Assembly: GCA_963667015.2 (NCBI GenBank)
Contig: CAXXJJ010000004.1
Coordinates: forward strand, 672,001 to 736,000
Direction: 5' to 3'
Source of the DNA: Desulfatiglandales bacterium
Lineage (GTDB): Bacteria > Desulfobacterota > DSM-4660 > Desulfatiglandales > HGW-15
Length of the DNA: 64,000 bases
Shown: positions 51,643 through 60,854 of the stretch, piece after piece
Position numbering within the stretch: position 1 is the stretch's first letter
Layout of the letters: every line of letters starts with the position of its first letter
The notes under the pieces: generated by a model
What the model was told of the DNA's origin: nothing
What the model saw: the letters and a program-made list of their open reading frames with translations, nothing else
The model's database searches: none
Translations under genes and position numbers: made by a program

Positions 51643-52080
51643 ATGGATAAATCCAGATACGATAAATATGTACTCCGGGGACCAGAAACTACAATCCCAG
51701 TCTTCCCGCCCAAAGCTCTCTTGAACATCGGATTCGATCAGAAATATATGGAAAAGCTAGGCAGGATAGATATAAATTTTAATTTCGTTGGTATACTCGG
51801 TCCCCATGTATTGGCTGACCCGCCTCACATGCATAATTGTGATGAATACCTCTTTTTCATACCGTCAGACTGTGATAACTGGCCGGATCTCGGAGGAGAA
51901 GCCGAGATAGCCATCGGAGAGGAGTGGGAGAAGCATACCATTACCACGGCCGCAATTATATGCATGCCTGCCGGTGTGCTGCATGCCCCCATTTTTATAA
52001 AAAAAGTAGACAAGCCTTTCTTTTTCGGCCACTGTCTTCTTGCGGACAGTTACGGATCAAGCCAGTTCGATGCGCTTTGA
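51643..52080 (+). CDS. cupin-like protein (paralog of the upstream gene)
   Basis: PHMHNCDEYLFF, LGGEAE..IG, .PAGV.H.P; AAGGAG RBS before ATG 51643. Confidence 0.75.
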   Translation: MDKSRYDKYVLRGPETTIPVFPPKALLNIGFDQKYMEKLGRIDINFNFVGILGPHVLADPPHMHNCDEYLFFIPSDCDNWPDLGGEAEIAIGEEWEKHTITTAAIICMPAGVLHAPIFIKKVDKPFFFGHCLLADSYGSSQFDAL

Positions 52081-52084
52081 GATC

Positions 52085-52555
52085 CTATTTTTTCTCAGGT
52101 CCATATATTTTGTCTATTGCCTCGTCAATAGCCTGATTTGAATCTACCCATTTTTTGAAATCTATCCTGGACATATTAGTAGCGATCTTTTTCAATTCCT
52201 TTACAAGTTCCTGCTCGATTGTCTTTTGAAATTTTTGGGCCTGCTTTGCAACTGTGATGAGGACACGTCGCCTGTTGCCAGGGTCCTGCTTTCTCTCAAG
52301 AACACCTTTTACGACGATTCTTTCAACCAGGGTAGACGCTGATGACTTTGAAATCCTCAATGTTTCTGCAACATCGGACAGGGTACACGGACAGATCCTG
52401 CTTATTTTAAATACTGCCTGGGTCTGGGTGTTTGTGAGTTCGCCAAAGGGGTCTTTCATGCGGTGGCGTTTACCGATACTCTGAAATTTTAAAAATAAAA
52501 TTCCATCCAGTTTTTCCATTACCCTTATGATATCCTTGATATCTTCGTTCATCAT
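52085..52555 (-). CDS. MarR family transcriptional regulator
   Basis: LT..Q, TLS.VA..L.ISKS.AS.LV.R.V.KG...R..DP.NRR. Confidence 0.92.
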   Translation of the reverse strand: MMNEDIKDIIRVMEKLDGILFLKFQSIGKRHRMKDPFGELTNTQTQAVFKISRICPCTLSDVAETLRISKSSASTLVERIVVKGVLERKQDPGNRRRVLITVAKQAQKFQKTIEQELVKELKKIATNMSRIDFKKWVDSNQAIDEAIDKIYGPEKK

Positions 52556-52709
52556 ATTCCTTATGTGTATCTACTCCAGTTTTTCACGGCAGCAGGCCAT
52601 CCAGATTAATATAATTTTTCTCCCCTTCACAGATTGTTTGGTTTTGTTGCTGTATATCAGTGATCATTAATATTTGGGAGAGACTTTAAGGTTTATATTC
52701 AATAGTTCG

Positions 52710-52845
52710 AGGATAGGCTCATAAACTTTGCGTGTCAAGTCAAATGTAACTGTACATAGATATATGCCTTTGCCACACTTCACAGGGTTTATAATTGACA
52801 GACCTTTTAAAGTACGTTATCAATACTGTTCGTAATCAGAACAGT
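52710..52845. promoter_or_regulatory. divergent promoters with palindromic operator ACTGTTC-N7-GAACAGT
   Basis: Minus: TTGACA (52738-52733), 17 bp, TATCCT. Plus: TTGACA (52795-52800), 17 bp, TATCAA. Perfect 7-7-7 palindrome at 52825-52845 over the predicted plus-strand start site. Confidence 0.65.
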
Positions 52846-52915
52846 TCTTTACCCAGATGATAATTCTATCAATTTAAAAAAAATTTATTAATCATTTTAT
52901 ATCGGAGGAGTCCTT

Positions 52916-53920
52916 ATGCGAAACACAGTTTTAATTATTGTCTTCATTTCTCTTTTATTTCCATGTTTTGCCGGTGCACAGGTTAACAGCAGCAGCTGTG
53001 ATCGTGACTGTCTCGAAGGTTATATCGACAGATACATGGATGCAATGCTTGAAAACGATCCGAGTCTCGACCTTTTCTCAAGAGACTGCAAATTTACCGA
53101 AAACGGTGTAAGGCTTCCTCTTGGTAATGAGGGACTGTGGGTTACCATGTCTGCAAAGGGGAACTACAAGTTTTATGTTCCGGATGTTGAAACCCAGCAG
53201 GTGGCCTTTTTAGGAACTGCCCGTGAAGATGGTGGAAACGGCAAGGAAGGCGGGGATACAGTAGCCATTGCACTCAGGATTAAGATTGTTGATAAAAAGA
53301 TTACCGAAGCAGAGCAGATTGTGGTTCGACCTGACGGTGATAATATGGGAATGACAGGTAAACTTTCTACAGGCGCGAGTGTTGAAAAACTGGGCGCACC
53401 CCATAAAATTTTCAAGGAAGCTATTCCGGTAAAAGAAAGGGCATCCAGGGAAGAGCTGATCAAGACTGCAAACTATTATTTTTCAGGCCTGCAGAAGAAT
53501 GATCACGGCAAAGGTTATTATCCCTTTACCGATGACTGTCATCGTGTTGAAAACGGAATGCCCGCAACAAACGTGCCTGTACCCGATGGCCAGGTACGTC
53601 CCGACCCGAAGACAACCAAGGTATACTCAACACACTGGGGATGCAAGGAACAGTTTGAGTCAGGGGGAATGGGTTTTATAACCCGGGTCCGTGACCGCAG
53701 GTTCGTGGCTGTTGACCGGGAACGTGGAATAGCATTTGCATTTGCATTCTTTGATCATGACAACATTAACTGGACCTGGCAGCTTGCGGAGCTCTTTAAA
53801 ATAGAAAATGGAAACATTCGACGAATTGAAGCTATTTTTCACAGGTGCCCCTATGGAATGAACGCGGGCTGGAGCACCTATGAGCAGGGCATGTCTGATC
53901 AGATACAGAGTGTAAGATAA
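52916..53920 (+). CDS. exported hypothetical protein (CDRxCL family, possibly NTF2/SnoaL-like)
   Basis: Signal peptide; CDRDCL, KFTEN, EGLW, C.RVENG, R.RR....D.ERG, FKI..G.I..IEA. Confidence 0.75.
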   Translation: MRNTVLIIVFISLLFPCFAGAQVNSSSCDRDCLEGYIDRYMDAMLENDPSLDLFSRDCKFTENGVRLPLGNEGLWVTMSAKGNYKFYVPDVETQQVAFLGTAREDGGNGKEGGDTVAIALRIKIVDKKITEAEQIVVRPDGDNMGMTGKLSTGASVEKLGAPHKIFKEAIPVKERASREELIKTANYYFSGLQKNDHGKGYYPFTDDCHRVENGMPATNVPVPDGQVRPDPKTTKVYSTHWGCKEQFESGGMGFITRVRDRRFVAVDRERGIAFAFAFFDHDNINWTWQLAELFKIENGNIRRIEAIFHRCPYGMNAGWSTYEQGMSDQIQSVR

Positions 53921-53944
53921 TTAAATATAACTGGAGGAGATGAA

Positions 53945-54946
53945 ATGAGAAAATTTGGCTTAACACTGGTTATTATTCTTTTATTCTCTGCTAATTCATT
54001 TGCATACAAATACCAGGGATGCGATCGTGAGTGCCTTGTAAAAATTATGAAAGACTACCTTTCGGCACTGGTTGCCCATGATACCACGGCAGTACCTTTT
54101 CATAAATATGTGAAATTTACGGAAAATACCGCAGAAATTCCGCTGGGATACGGCCTGTGGGAAACGGCTTCGGGCGGGCCATCCGAATTCCAGATTTACG
54201 CTGCAGACCCGGTAAATCAGCAGGTGGCGGCCCTTGTTATGATGAAGGAAAACAACAACGAGGATATTCTTCTGGGAGTTAGGCTTGCCCTTAAACGCGG
54301 AAAAATTGCAGAGGCCGAACATCATGTGGTGCCGGCAAATGAAATACATCTGGAAAATCTTAAAAAACCCAGACCTGGTCTTGTTGAAGATATAGCGCCT
54401 GAGGATAAAACTCCAAGAAACCAGATGCTGGATATCGGGCTTTCCTACTATGATTCCCTTGTAGGTGAAGACGGAACAATTGCACCCTATGCCCTGGAGT
54501 GTCAGCGCCGTGAGAATGGAGGCATTTCAGTTGGCGGAAAGAAAGAGGATTTGCCTGAGGAGGAAACAAAAAGAGACTTTGCTCCGCCCGAATCAGTGGA
54601 CCCTGAAATGATGAAGCTGGCCAGGGCGCTTTCGGCTGTTCCCAATACATGTGAAGGACAGATTACTGCCGGTGTATGGGCATATATTGCAGAAATCAAA
54701 AACCGCCGTCTGCTGGTAATAGATGAACAGAAGGGACTGGCAGTTGGCTTTTCCAACCTCCACCATGACAGCAAGCTGAAAAACATGAAGTTAAAGGTAG
54801 ATTCAGGAGAGATCAGCGTGCCGGCCTTTCAGGGAAACTTCAATATGCCGGCCATACACTTTTTTAAAATCAAAAAGGGAAAAATATACGATATAGAGGC
54901 AACCGGACTTGTTCTGCCCTATGGTACAAAGACAGGGTGGGAGTAA
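53945..54946 (+). CDS. exported hypothetical protein, paralog of 52916-53920
   Basis: Signal peptide; CDRECL, KFTEN, GLW, CQRRENG, NRR....DEQKG, FKI..G.I..IEA, PYG...GW. Confidence 0.75.
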   Translation: MRKFGLTLVIILLFSANSFAYKYQGCDRECLVKIMKDYLSALVAHDTTAVPFHKYVKFTENTAEIPLGYGLWETASGGPSEFQIYAADPVNQQVAALVMMKENNNEDILLGVRLALKRGKIAEAEHHVVPANEIHLENLKKPRPGLVEDIAPEDKTPRNQMLDIGLSYYDSLVGEDGTIAPYALECQRRENGGISVGGKKEDLPEEETKRDFAPPESVDPEMMKLARALSAVPNTCEGQITAGVWAYIAEIKNRRLLVIDEQKGLAVGFSNLHHDSKLKNMKLKVDSGEISVPAFQGNFNMPAIHFFKIKKGKIYDIEATGLVLPYGTKTGWE

Positions 54947-54952
54947 AAAACA

Positions 54953-54987
54953 GGGTTCAAGGGGTCGAGAGGTCAGGGATTCGAGTG
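54953..54987 (+). repeat. degenerate 8-mer tandem repeat (GGGTTCAA GGGGTCGA GAGGTCAG GGATTCGA GTG)
   Basis: Read directly; begins 6 nt after the stop codon. Confidence 0.55.
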
Positions 54988-55137
54988 CAAAAGCTAAAAG
55001 CAGAAGCCCTTGCTATACTACTCCTATAAATTAATGCGTCTTTTTCACACTGGCCGGGCCAGGGCCTAAGCTCTAAATAGGAGAAGCAGGCTGCCCCGGT
55101 CAGTATCAATCATATTCGATGTAAAGGTATACCCTAC

Positions 55138-55816
55138 TCATTGCTCATTAAGATGTTCGGCCTTCCATCTCATTGCCGAAAATATCCTTCTTTTACCACT
55201 GGAGTGGTCATAGAATAATAATTCTTCTATAGGACCGGGATCCATTTTCCTAAAAAACGGGTAATAAGCCTGCTAAAGGATATCCAGATTGTGCTGCCAA
55301 TACCGCTTACATTCGCGCTGATCCGGTTGCTCTGTTTTGACGCATCAAATTCATATACATTATCAGCCAGGACACCGTTGGCCCTTGCCATTGATAATAT
55401 TTTATTCCTGATATCCGAATCTTCCATGGGTTTATATTCATTTAAAAGAGGTGAAATAAAAACCGGCTGGATAAGCAGCATAAATATTAAGAATACAGAG
55501 GTTACACAGGAGCACCAGATCCACAATTTATTTTTAACCCTGCGCACTATGGCATATAAAACAGTGATAAAAATACCCCCCAGAATTAGGATAACTCCCA
55601 GAGGGTTATCCAGTATCCTCCTTCATAGTATGCATCTGATTTTTCCTTCTGCTCAGGAGATAGGGTATCTAAATATTTTTGAGTCTCGATCTCAGGATTA
55701 AAAGATTGCTGTTCCGGTTGTCCTGTCGGCCAGGCGGAATTATTAAATTCTTCTGAAAATGAAACGGAAGAGAATAAAATAAATATTACAACTAAAAAGA
55801 ATAGATTTTTCATCAT
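55138..55816 (-). pseudogene. M48 (Ste24-like) metalloprotease pseudogene in three fragments, catalytic HExxH missing
   Basis: Fragment 1: signal..SDAYYEGGYW. Fragment 2: LY...RR..PLLN.Y.P..DASKQSNRISANVSG. Fragment 3: RKMDPGP.EE...YDH.SG..RI..AM.WKAEH*. Both junctions change frame. Confidence 0.8.
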
Positions 55817-55865
55817 ATCCCCGTTTTTAATAAATGAACAACCTTGCCTGTTTAACTGGAACATT

Positions 55866-57842
55866 TTAAACCTTTTCATCGATATCGGCATTTGCCTTGA
55901 ACTGGGTTTCATACAGCTGATTATACAATCCGTTCAGCGCCAGCAGCTCCTCATGGGTTCCGCGTTCGACGATTTTACCTCGGTCAATCACCAGAATCAT
56001 ATCCGCAGCCAGGATCGTGCTCAGGCGATGAGCAATAACAATATTGGTCCGCCCGGCCATAACCCGTTTCAAAGCCTCCTGGATCAGGGCTTCGGATTCG
56101 CTGTCAAGTGAACTTGTAGCCTCATCAAGTACAAGAATGCGCGGGTCTTTCAGGATCACCCTCGCCAGAGCAATACGCTGCTTTTCGCCTCCGCTCAGGC
56201 GATAGCCCCGCTCGCCTGCCACTGTGTCGTATCCTTCGGGAAGTTCGGTAATAAACAGGTGAATATTGGCGGCCCGCGCTGCTGCCTCGATCTCAACCTG
56301 GGTTGCATCCGGTTTGGCATAGATGAGATTGGTGCGGATTGTGTCATGGAAAAGGTAGGTTTCCTGAGTCACCATACCGATAGCCGCTGAAAGCGATTCG
56401 AGAGCGATATCTTTCAGGTCATGCCCGTCAATACGTATAACCCCCTCGGTCGGGTCATACAGGCGCGGAATGAGATAGGTTAAAGTTGTCTTGCCCGCGC
56501 CCGAGGGTCCAACCAGGGCGATCAACTGTCCGGCAGATGCATGAAAGGATACAGACTCGAGGGCCACGTCCCTGGCCTGGGATAGAGTCGCAGGGGCGAT
56601 CTTGTTCCTTACGACAGCCGCCTCGTTCAATCCGGTCTTTTTTGGGATACCGGACCGGTTTCCGGATATTACTGCAGTTACATCATCCATCTTCCCGTAT
56701 CGCTTTACCTCACTGAGCAGTCTGGACCTGTCAATGCTGTAATCGAACGTGACATTCTCGAACTCGAGATCGCCTCTCATGTTGTCCAGAACAATGGCAT
56801 TCTCTTTTTCTTCGATATCCTTTGGCAGGTCGATGACCTCGAAAACCCTTTCAAAAGAGACCATACTGGTGCTGAAATCCACCGGTGCACTCGCGAGCCC
56901 CTGCAGCGAACTGTAAAGCTGCCCAAGGTAAGCTCCGAAGGCCACAATGGTTCCGATGGTGAAGGAGCCTTTTATAACAAAATATCCGCCCAGCCCATAG
57001 ACCATCGCCGTTCCAACCGCACCGACCAGCCCTATGATAACAAAGAAAACCGTGCCGGCCACGGCCCTTCTGACTCCAATATCACGCACTTCCCCAGCTC
57101 TCTGCCTGAAGCGCTCTTCTTCCTCTTCAGCCCGCCCGAAGAGCTTTACCAGAAGCGCCCCTCCGATGTTGAGCGTCTCGTTCATATGTGCATTCATCCG
57201 GGCATTCTGCTCCATTGCCCGGCGGGCAATGTCGCGCAGCACGATACCCAGCCTACGGGCCGCCATGATAAAGAGCGGCATGATAATCACGCTGGCAAGG
57301 GTAAGCCGCCACTCGAGACTCGTCATAACGGCAAGAATTGCGACAGCCTTGATCAGGTTGCTTGCAATGTTGACAATGGTGTTGCTGATAGCGTTCTGCG
57401 CACCAATCACATCATTATTCAGGCGGGACATCATCTCCCCTACCCTGGTGTTGGTAAAAAAACGCAGCGACATTGACTGCAACCGGGAAAAGAGCGCTAC
57501 CCGAAGGTCGTAGATTACACTCTCTCCGACTGTGGCATTCATACGCCGCTGGATCACACTCACTCCCCCATTGAGCAGGGGGACGAACAGCAGGGCTGTT
57601 GCGCATAAAATCAGATGATGCAAATTTTTGGAAGGCAGGACCTTGTCGATCAATTGCCGAAAGATAAGCGGTGAAACCAGTGATAATCCCGCGCTGAATA
57701 TGATCGCAACGAGCATCCCAACGATGTGTTTCCGATATGGCCGGGCATAGGCTAATACGCGTAAAAGCAGTTCCTTTGTAACCTTTTTTGGCTTTTCATC
57801 ACTCGAACGAACATAGGCAAACCATCCTCCGCTATGCGACAT
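55866..57842 (-). CDS. ABC exporter, fused permease/ATPase (MsbA-like)
   Basis: N-terminal TM domain; GPSGAGKTT, LSGGEKQR, LDEATSSLD, IAHRLST. Confidence 0.93.
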   Translation of the reverse strand: MSHSGGWFAYVRSSDEKPKKVTKELLLRVLAYARPYRKHIVGMLVAIIFSAGLSLVSPLIFRQLIDKVLPSKNLHHLILCATALLFVPLLNGGVSVIQRRMNATVGESVIYDLRVALFSRLQSMSLRFFTNTRVGEMMSRLNNDVIGAQNAISNTIVNIASNLIKAVAILAVMTSLEWRLTLASVIIMPLFIMAARRLGIVLRDIARRAMEQNARMNAHMNETLNIGGALLVKLFGRAEEEEERFRQRAGEVRDIGVRRAVAGTVFFVIIGLVGAVGTAMVYGLGGYFVIKGSFTIGTIVAFGAYLGQLYSSLQGLASAPVDFSTSMVSFERVFEVIDLPKDIEEKENAIVLDNMRGDLEFENVTFDYSIDRSRLLSEVKRYGKMDDVTAVISGNRSGIPKKTGLNEAAVVRNKIAPATLSQARDVALESVSFHASAGQLIALVGPSGAGKTTLTYLIPRLYDPTEGVIRIDGHDLKDIALESLSAAIGMVTQETYLFHDTIRTNLIYAKPDATQVEIEAAARAANIHLFITELPEGYDTVAGERGYRLSGGEKQRIALARVILKDPRILVLDEATSSLDSESEALIQEALKRVMAGRTNIVIAHRLSTILAADMILVIDRGKIVERGTHEELLALNGLYNQLYETQFKANADIDEKV

Positions 57843-58174
57843 GTTAGTCTCCTAATCTAATTTAGCCAGTAATGTATGGCAGGTCTGATATACCTTGAAC
57901 ATCAATCCTTGATCCGGCTGATCTTCATGACTTATACGATGTCCCGGAGGCTTTTGCAACCGGAGGGTTTTTTTCACATCCAGTCCTGACTATGTTTCCA
58001 GCTAAACCTGATAAATCCTTTTTTGAATCTTTCGGTGAGATACAGCTTTAACTATGCAGCATAAACCATAAACTATAAACCCGACATTTTTATTACACTT
58101 TGAGATAATTGCACTTTTAAAGTTCATTCCCCGGTGATATAGATATTTTTATAATTGTATTCAGGAGAATAAAA

Positions 58175-58741
58175 ATGCCAAAAGCGTGTGACTTAAAAAA
58201 AGGAAATGTGGTGGAGATTAACAATGAAATCTACATGGTTAATCAGATTGATGTAAAAACTCCATCAGCAAGGGGGGCTGTTACCCTTTACAAGGTCAGG
58301 TTCAGCAACGTAAGGACCAAACAGAAATATGAAGAAAGCTACAAGGGAAACGATATGCTGAATGATGTTGCCCTTGAAAAAAAATCCGTACAATATCTAT
58401 ATCCGGACGGCAACCTCCATGTTTTTATGGATACTACCGACTATGCCCAGTATGAGATAGAGGGTGAGGCGATTGAAGATGAACTTGTATGGATTACAGA
58501 GGGAATGGAGGGTATTGTCGGTCTGATCATTGATGAAAATTTGGTATCCGTTGAAATTCCAAATACCCTGGTCTTTGAAATAGTCCAGACCGTTCCGGGC
58601 ATAAAGAGTGCAAGCGCATCCGCAAGGACCAAGCCCGCAACCCTCTCAAATGGAATAGAAATCCAGATCCCCGAATATCTTGAGGCCGGGGAAATGGTTA
58701 AGGTCAACACAGAAACAAAAAAATTCATTTCCAAGGCGTGA
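58175..58741 (+). CDS. yeiP: elongation factor P-like protein EfpL/YeiP
   Basis: EF-P fold with PSARG tip loop (Arg), TLYK.RF, ASA.ARTKPA.L..G..IQ.PEY. Confidence 0.85.
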   Translation: MPKACDLKKGNVVEINNEIYMVNQIDVKTPSARGAVTLYKVRFSNVRTKQKYEESYKGNDMLNDVALEKKSVQYLYPDGNLHVFMDTTDYAQYEIEGEAIEDELVWITEGMEGIVGLIIDENLVSVEIPNTLVFEIVQTVPGIKSASASARTKPATLSNGIEIQIPEYLEAGEMVKVNTETKKFISKA

Positions 58742-58834
58742 TCAAAATGTGAGATGGGATGAGGTTAAATAATGCAATTGAAATGCGTATATCAAGGCCG
58801 ATTTAAATATTGAATCTTGAACTTTGAATTGGCT

Positions 58835-59116
58835 TTATCCCCCCGAGACAGGAAGATGCAGGTTTATCTCATCATTATCCTGAAGCACATAATCCATGCC
58901 CTTCAGTTCCTGATTCACAAACACATGGAGAAGCATATCATCCCATTCATTGGCCGAACCTATTGAAGAAAGGCGGTTGAGCAGATCCAAAACGGTCGCG
59001 CCCTGATCAAATTCTATCATCACTTCATGGCCGTCCTGGAAATGGGCTAAAAATTCTTCTGTAACCCCGACAGCAAAGCTGGATTTGAGCCTTATTTTTA
59101 TTTTCTGAATACTCAT
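58835..59116 (-). CDS. MoaD/ThiS family sulfur carrier
   Basis: TV.DLL, VFVN, L.D.DE....PVSGG C-terminal diglycine. Confidence 0.85.
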   Translation of the reverse strand: MSIQKIKIRLKSSFAVGVTEEFLAHFQDGHEVMIEFDQGATVLDLLNRLSSIGSANEWDDMLLHVFVNQELKGMDYVLQDNDEINLHLPVSGG

Positions 59117-59143
59117 AGCTATAAATAATTATAAATATAAAAA

Positions 59144-59167
59144 GGGCACGCTTCCCCGTGCCCCTAC
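59144..59167 (-). repeat. GTAG-type REP-like element
   Basis: GGGCACG-CTTCCC-CGTGCCC-CTAC. Confidence 0.65.
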
Positions 59168-59233
59168 AGTTTATTCTAATTACGGAGTTTATAATCAAGC
59201 CTGATACCAGTATTACAGAGACTCCGATGCAAA

Positions 59234-60844
59234 CTACTCATCGTGCAGGTCTTCAGGCTTTGGTGTTTCCCAATCCACCATATGCTGCATCCATGGCGCC
59301 TTCTGGACATAAATATCATGTGCAAAGGGTACAGGGGGATGAGACATCCACTTGGGATCAAACTCATCCTTAACCTTGAGCATGAATGTATGATAATTGG
59401 GTCCATACTTCGGACCGGTAAGGTAAAGGGGCTGATGAGGACCAAGCAGTGATGTGTAGTACCTCTCCCTGATATTCATCTTTGATGTCTCCAGGTAGAA
59501 CTGATCAACGCCGTCACAGTTGTCGTCCGGATCCCAGTATACCAGGAATTCGGAATAACCCTGATGCCCCATCTCAAAGCTCTGAAACCAGCCAGGATCG
59601 CCATAATCAGGCATAAGAGGCGGGGTAAAATTCTTTTTCACCTGTGCATAGGATTCGCCGTGCTCGGTTGACTGTGAAAGTGTCTCGATAACATAATCAA
59701 CCGATACATAACCTCCGCACATGAGCCACATACCGGCAGAGTCGGCATTTTTGATCCATGACTCATCAGAAGGCTTGGTTCGTCTTGCAATACCGCCCAC
59801 CTCTTTCATAATATCCATGAGGACCTTCTCGTCATACTCCATCTGTTCCTCGGATGTGTAGCCAATAAGGAGCACACGGACAATAAAGAAGTTGGCTATG
59901 GTATCTTCATTTTCCTTGCCCCAGATATCCCAGAACTCCTCCTTGCATTCGGCCTTGGCAATGGCACGCCAGAATAGCGGGACCTTTGTAACCGCGCCGG
60001 CTATTTCAGCATGACCGATATTTTTCATGGCTGTAACCTGGGCCTCCTTTGAAGGCACGGTAAAGTTTATCCATTTCACCCTTTTTTCCGGAAGTGCCAG
60101 GTATGTCTCCGGAGAAATACCTGTTGGTTCAAGCCTTTCGGGCTGGAACGGCAGTGTCTTTATTGCCATCCTTGTTACAATACCAAGACATCCCCTAACA
60201 CCGGTATATCCCCTTAAAAGACCTCTCAGGTCAGGACCGGGACCTTCTCCCCAGAAAGGATCATCGCCTTCGGCAAGGGAACCGAGCTTAAGAAGTTCAC
60301 CATCGGGCAGCACAACCTCTGTGCCGAGGATACGCCTGTGTGGAAGACCGATCCTGTGGCTCAGGGGTGACCAGCCGTCACCTATAAGGTTTGCGATTGC
60401 TGATGCCTGGGCGCCTCCGCCCCCGATAACAACATAGGCGCCATGCTTCATGCATTCTTCCTGTATGGGCGAATAAACAACACCGGGACCTACTTCAACA
60501 TAAAAATGCTTTTCATCAAGGATAAAATCATCCATCCTCTTAAGGTCAATCAAAAGGGCATCTTCAACGTGCGGGTGAGACTTTGGCCCGTAAAAACCTG
60601 TACTGTAGGGCACATAGGGAATGTCATTCCGGTAGCATACCCTGACTATCTTCTGAACCTCTTCGGTTGTTTTGGGCATGATAACACAACCCGGTATGGT
60701 GGTCATCACACGCTCATATCCCATGCTGTTTTCATATCCGCCGGGGCCGCTTCTGTACCCCTCGCATATAACAGGATCATTTGATATAAAATTGTTACCG
60801 ACAATGGCTTCCAGGACACTGTATATTTCATTTGATATAGCCAT
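59234..60844 (-). CDS. FAD-binding oxidoreductase (VAO/PCMH, GlcD-like)
   Basis: P...EEVQ.IV..C, IDLKRM, V.PGV, EVVLPDG...GS, GPGPDL.G, G.LGIVT, FDP; start MAISNE at 60844. Confidence 0.85.
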   Translation of the reverse strand: MAISNEIYSVLEAIVGNNFISNDPVICEGYRSGPGGYENSMGYERVMTTIPGCVIMPKTTEEVQKIVRVCYRNDIPYVPYSTGFYGPKSHPHVEDALLIDLKRMDDFILDEKHFYVEVGPGVVYSPIQEECMKHGAYVVIGGGGAQASAIANLIGDGWSPLSHRIGLPHRRILGTEVVLPDGELLKLGSLAEGDDPFWGEGPGPDLRGLLRGYTGVRGCLGIVTRMAIKTLPFQPERLEPTGISPETYLALPEKRVKWINFTVPSKEAQVTAMKNIGHAEIAGAVTKVPLFWRAIAKAECKEEFWDIWGKENEDTIANFFIVRVLLIGYTSEEQMEYDEKVLMDIMKEVGGIARRTKPSDESWIKNADSAGMWLMCGGYVSVDYVIETLSQSTEHGESYAQVKKNFTPPLMPDYGDPGWFQSFEMGHQGYSEFLVYWDPDDNCDGVDQFYLETSKMNIRERYYTSLLGPHQPLYLTGPKYGPNYHTFMLKVKDEFDPKWMSHPPVPFAHDIYVQKAPWMQHMVDWETPKPEDLHDE

Positions 60845-60854
60845 ATATAACCTC

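Noticed and set aside
57870..58050. Possible small ORF or gene remnant between the ABC exporter and efpL
   Set aside because: No recognisable motif or clear RBS in any frame
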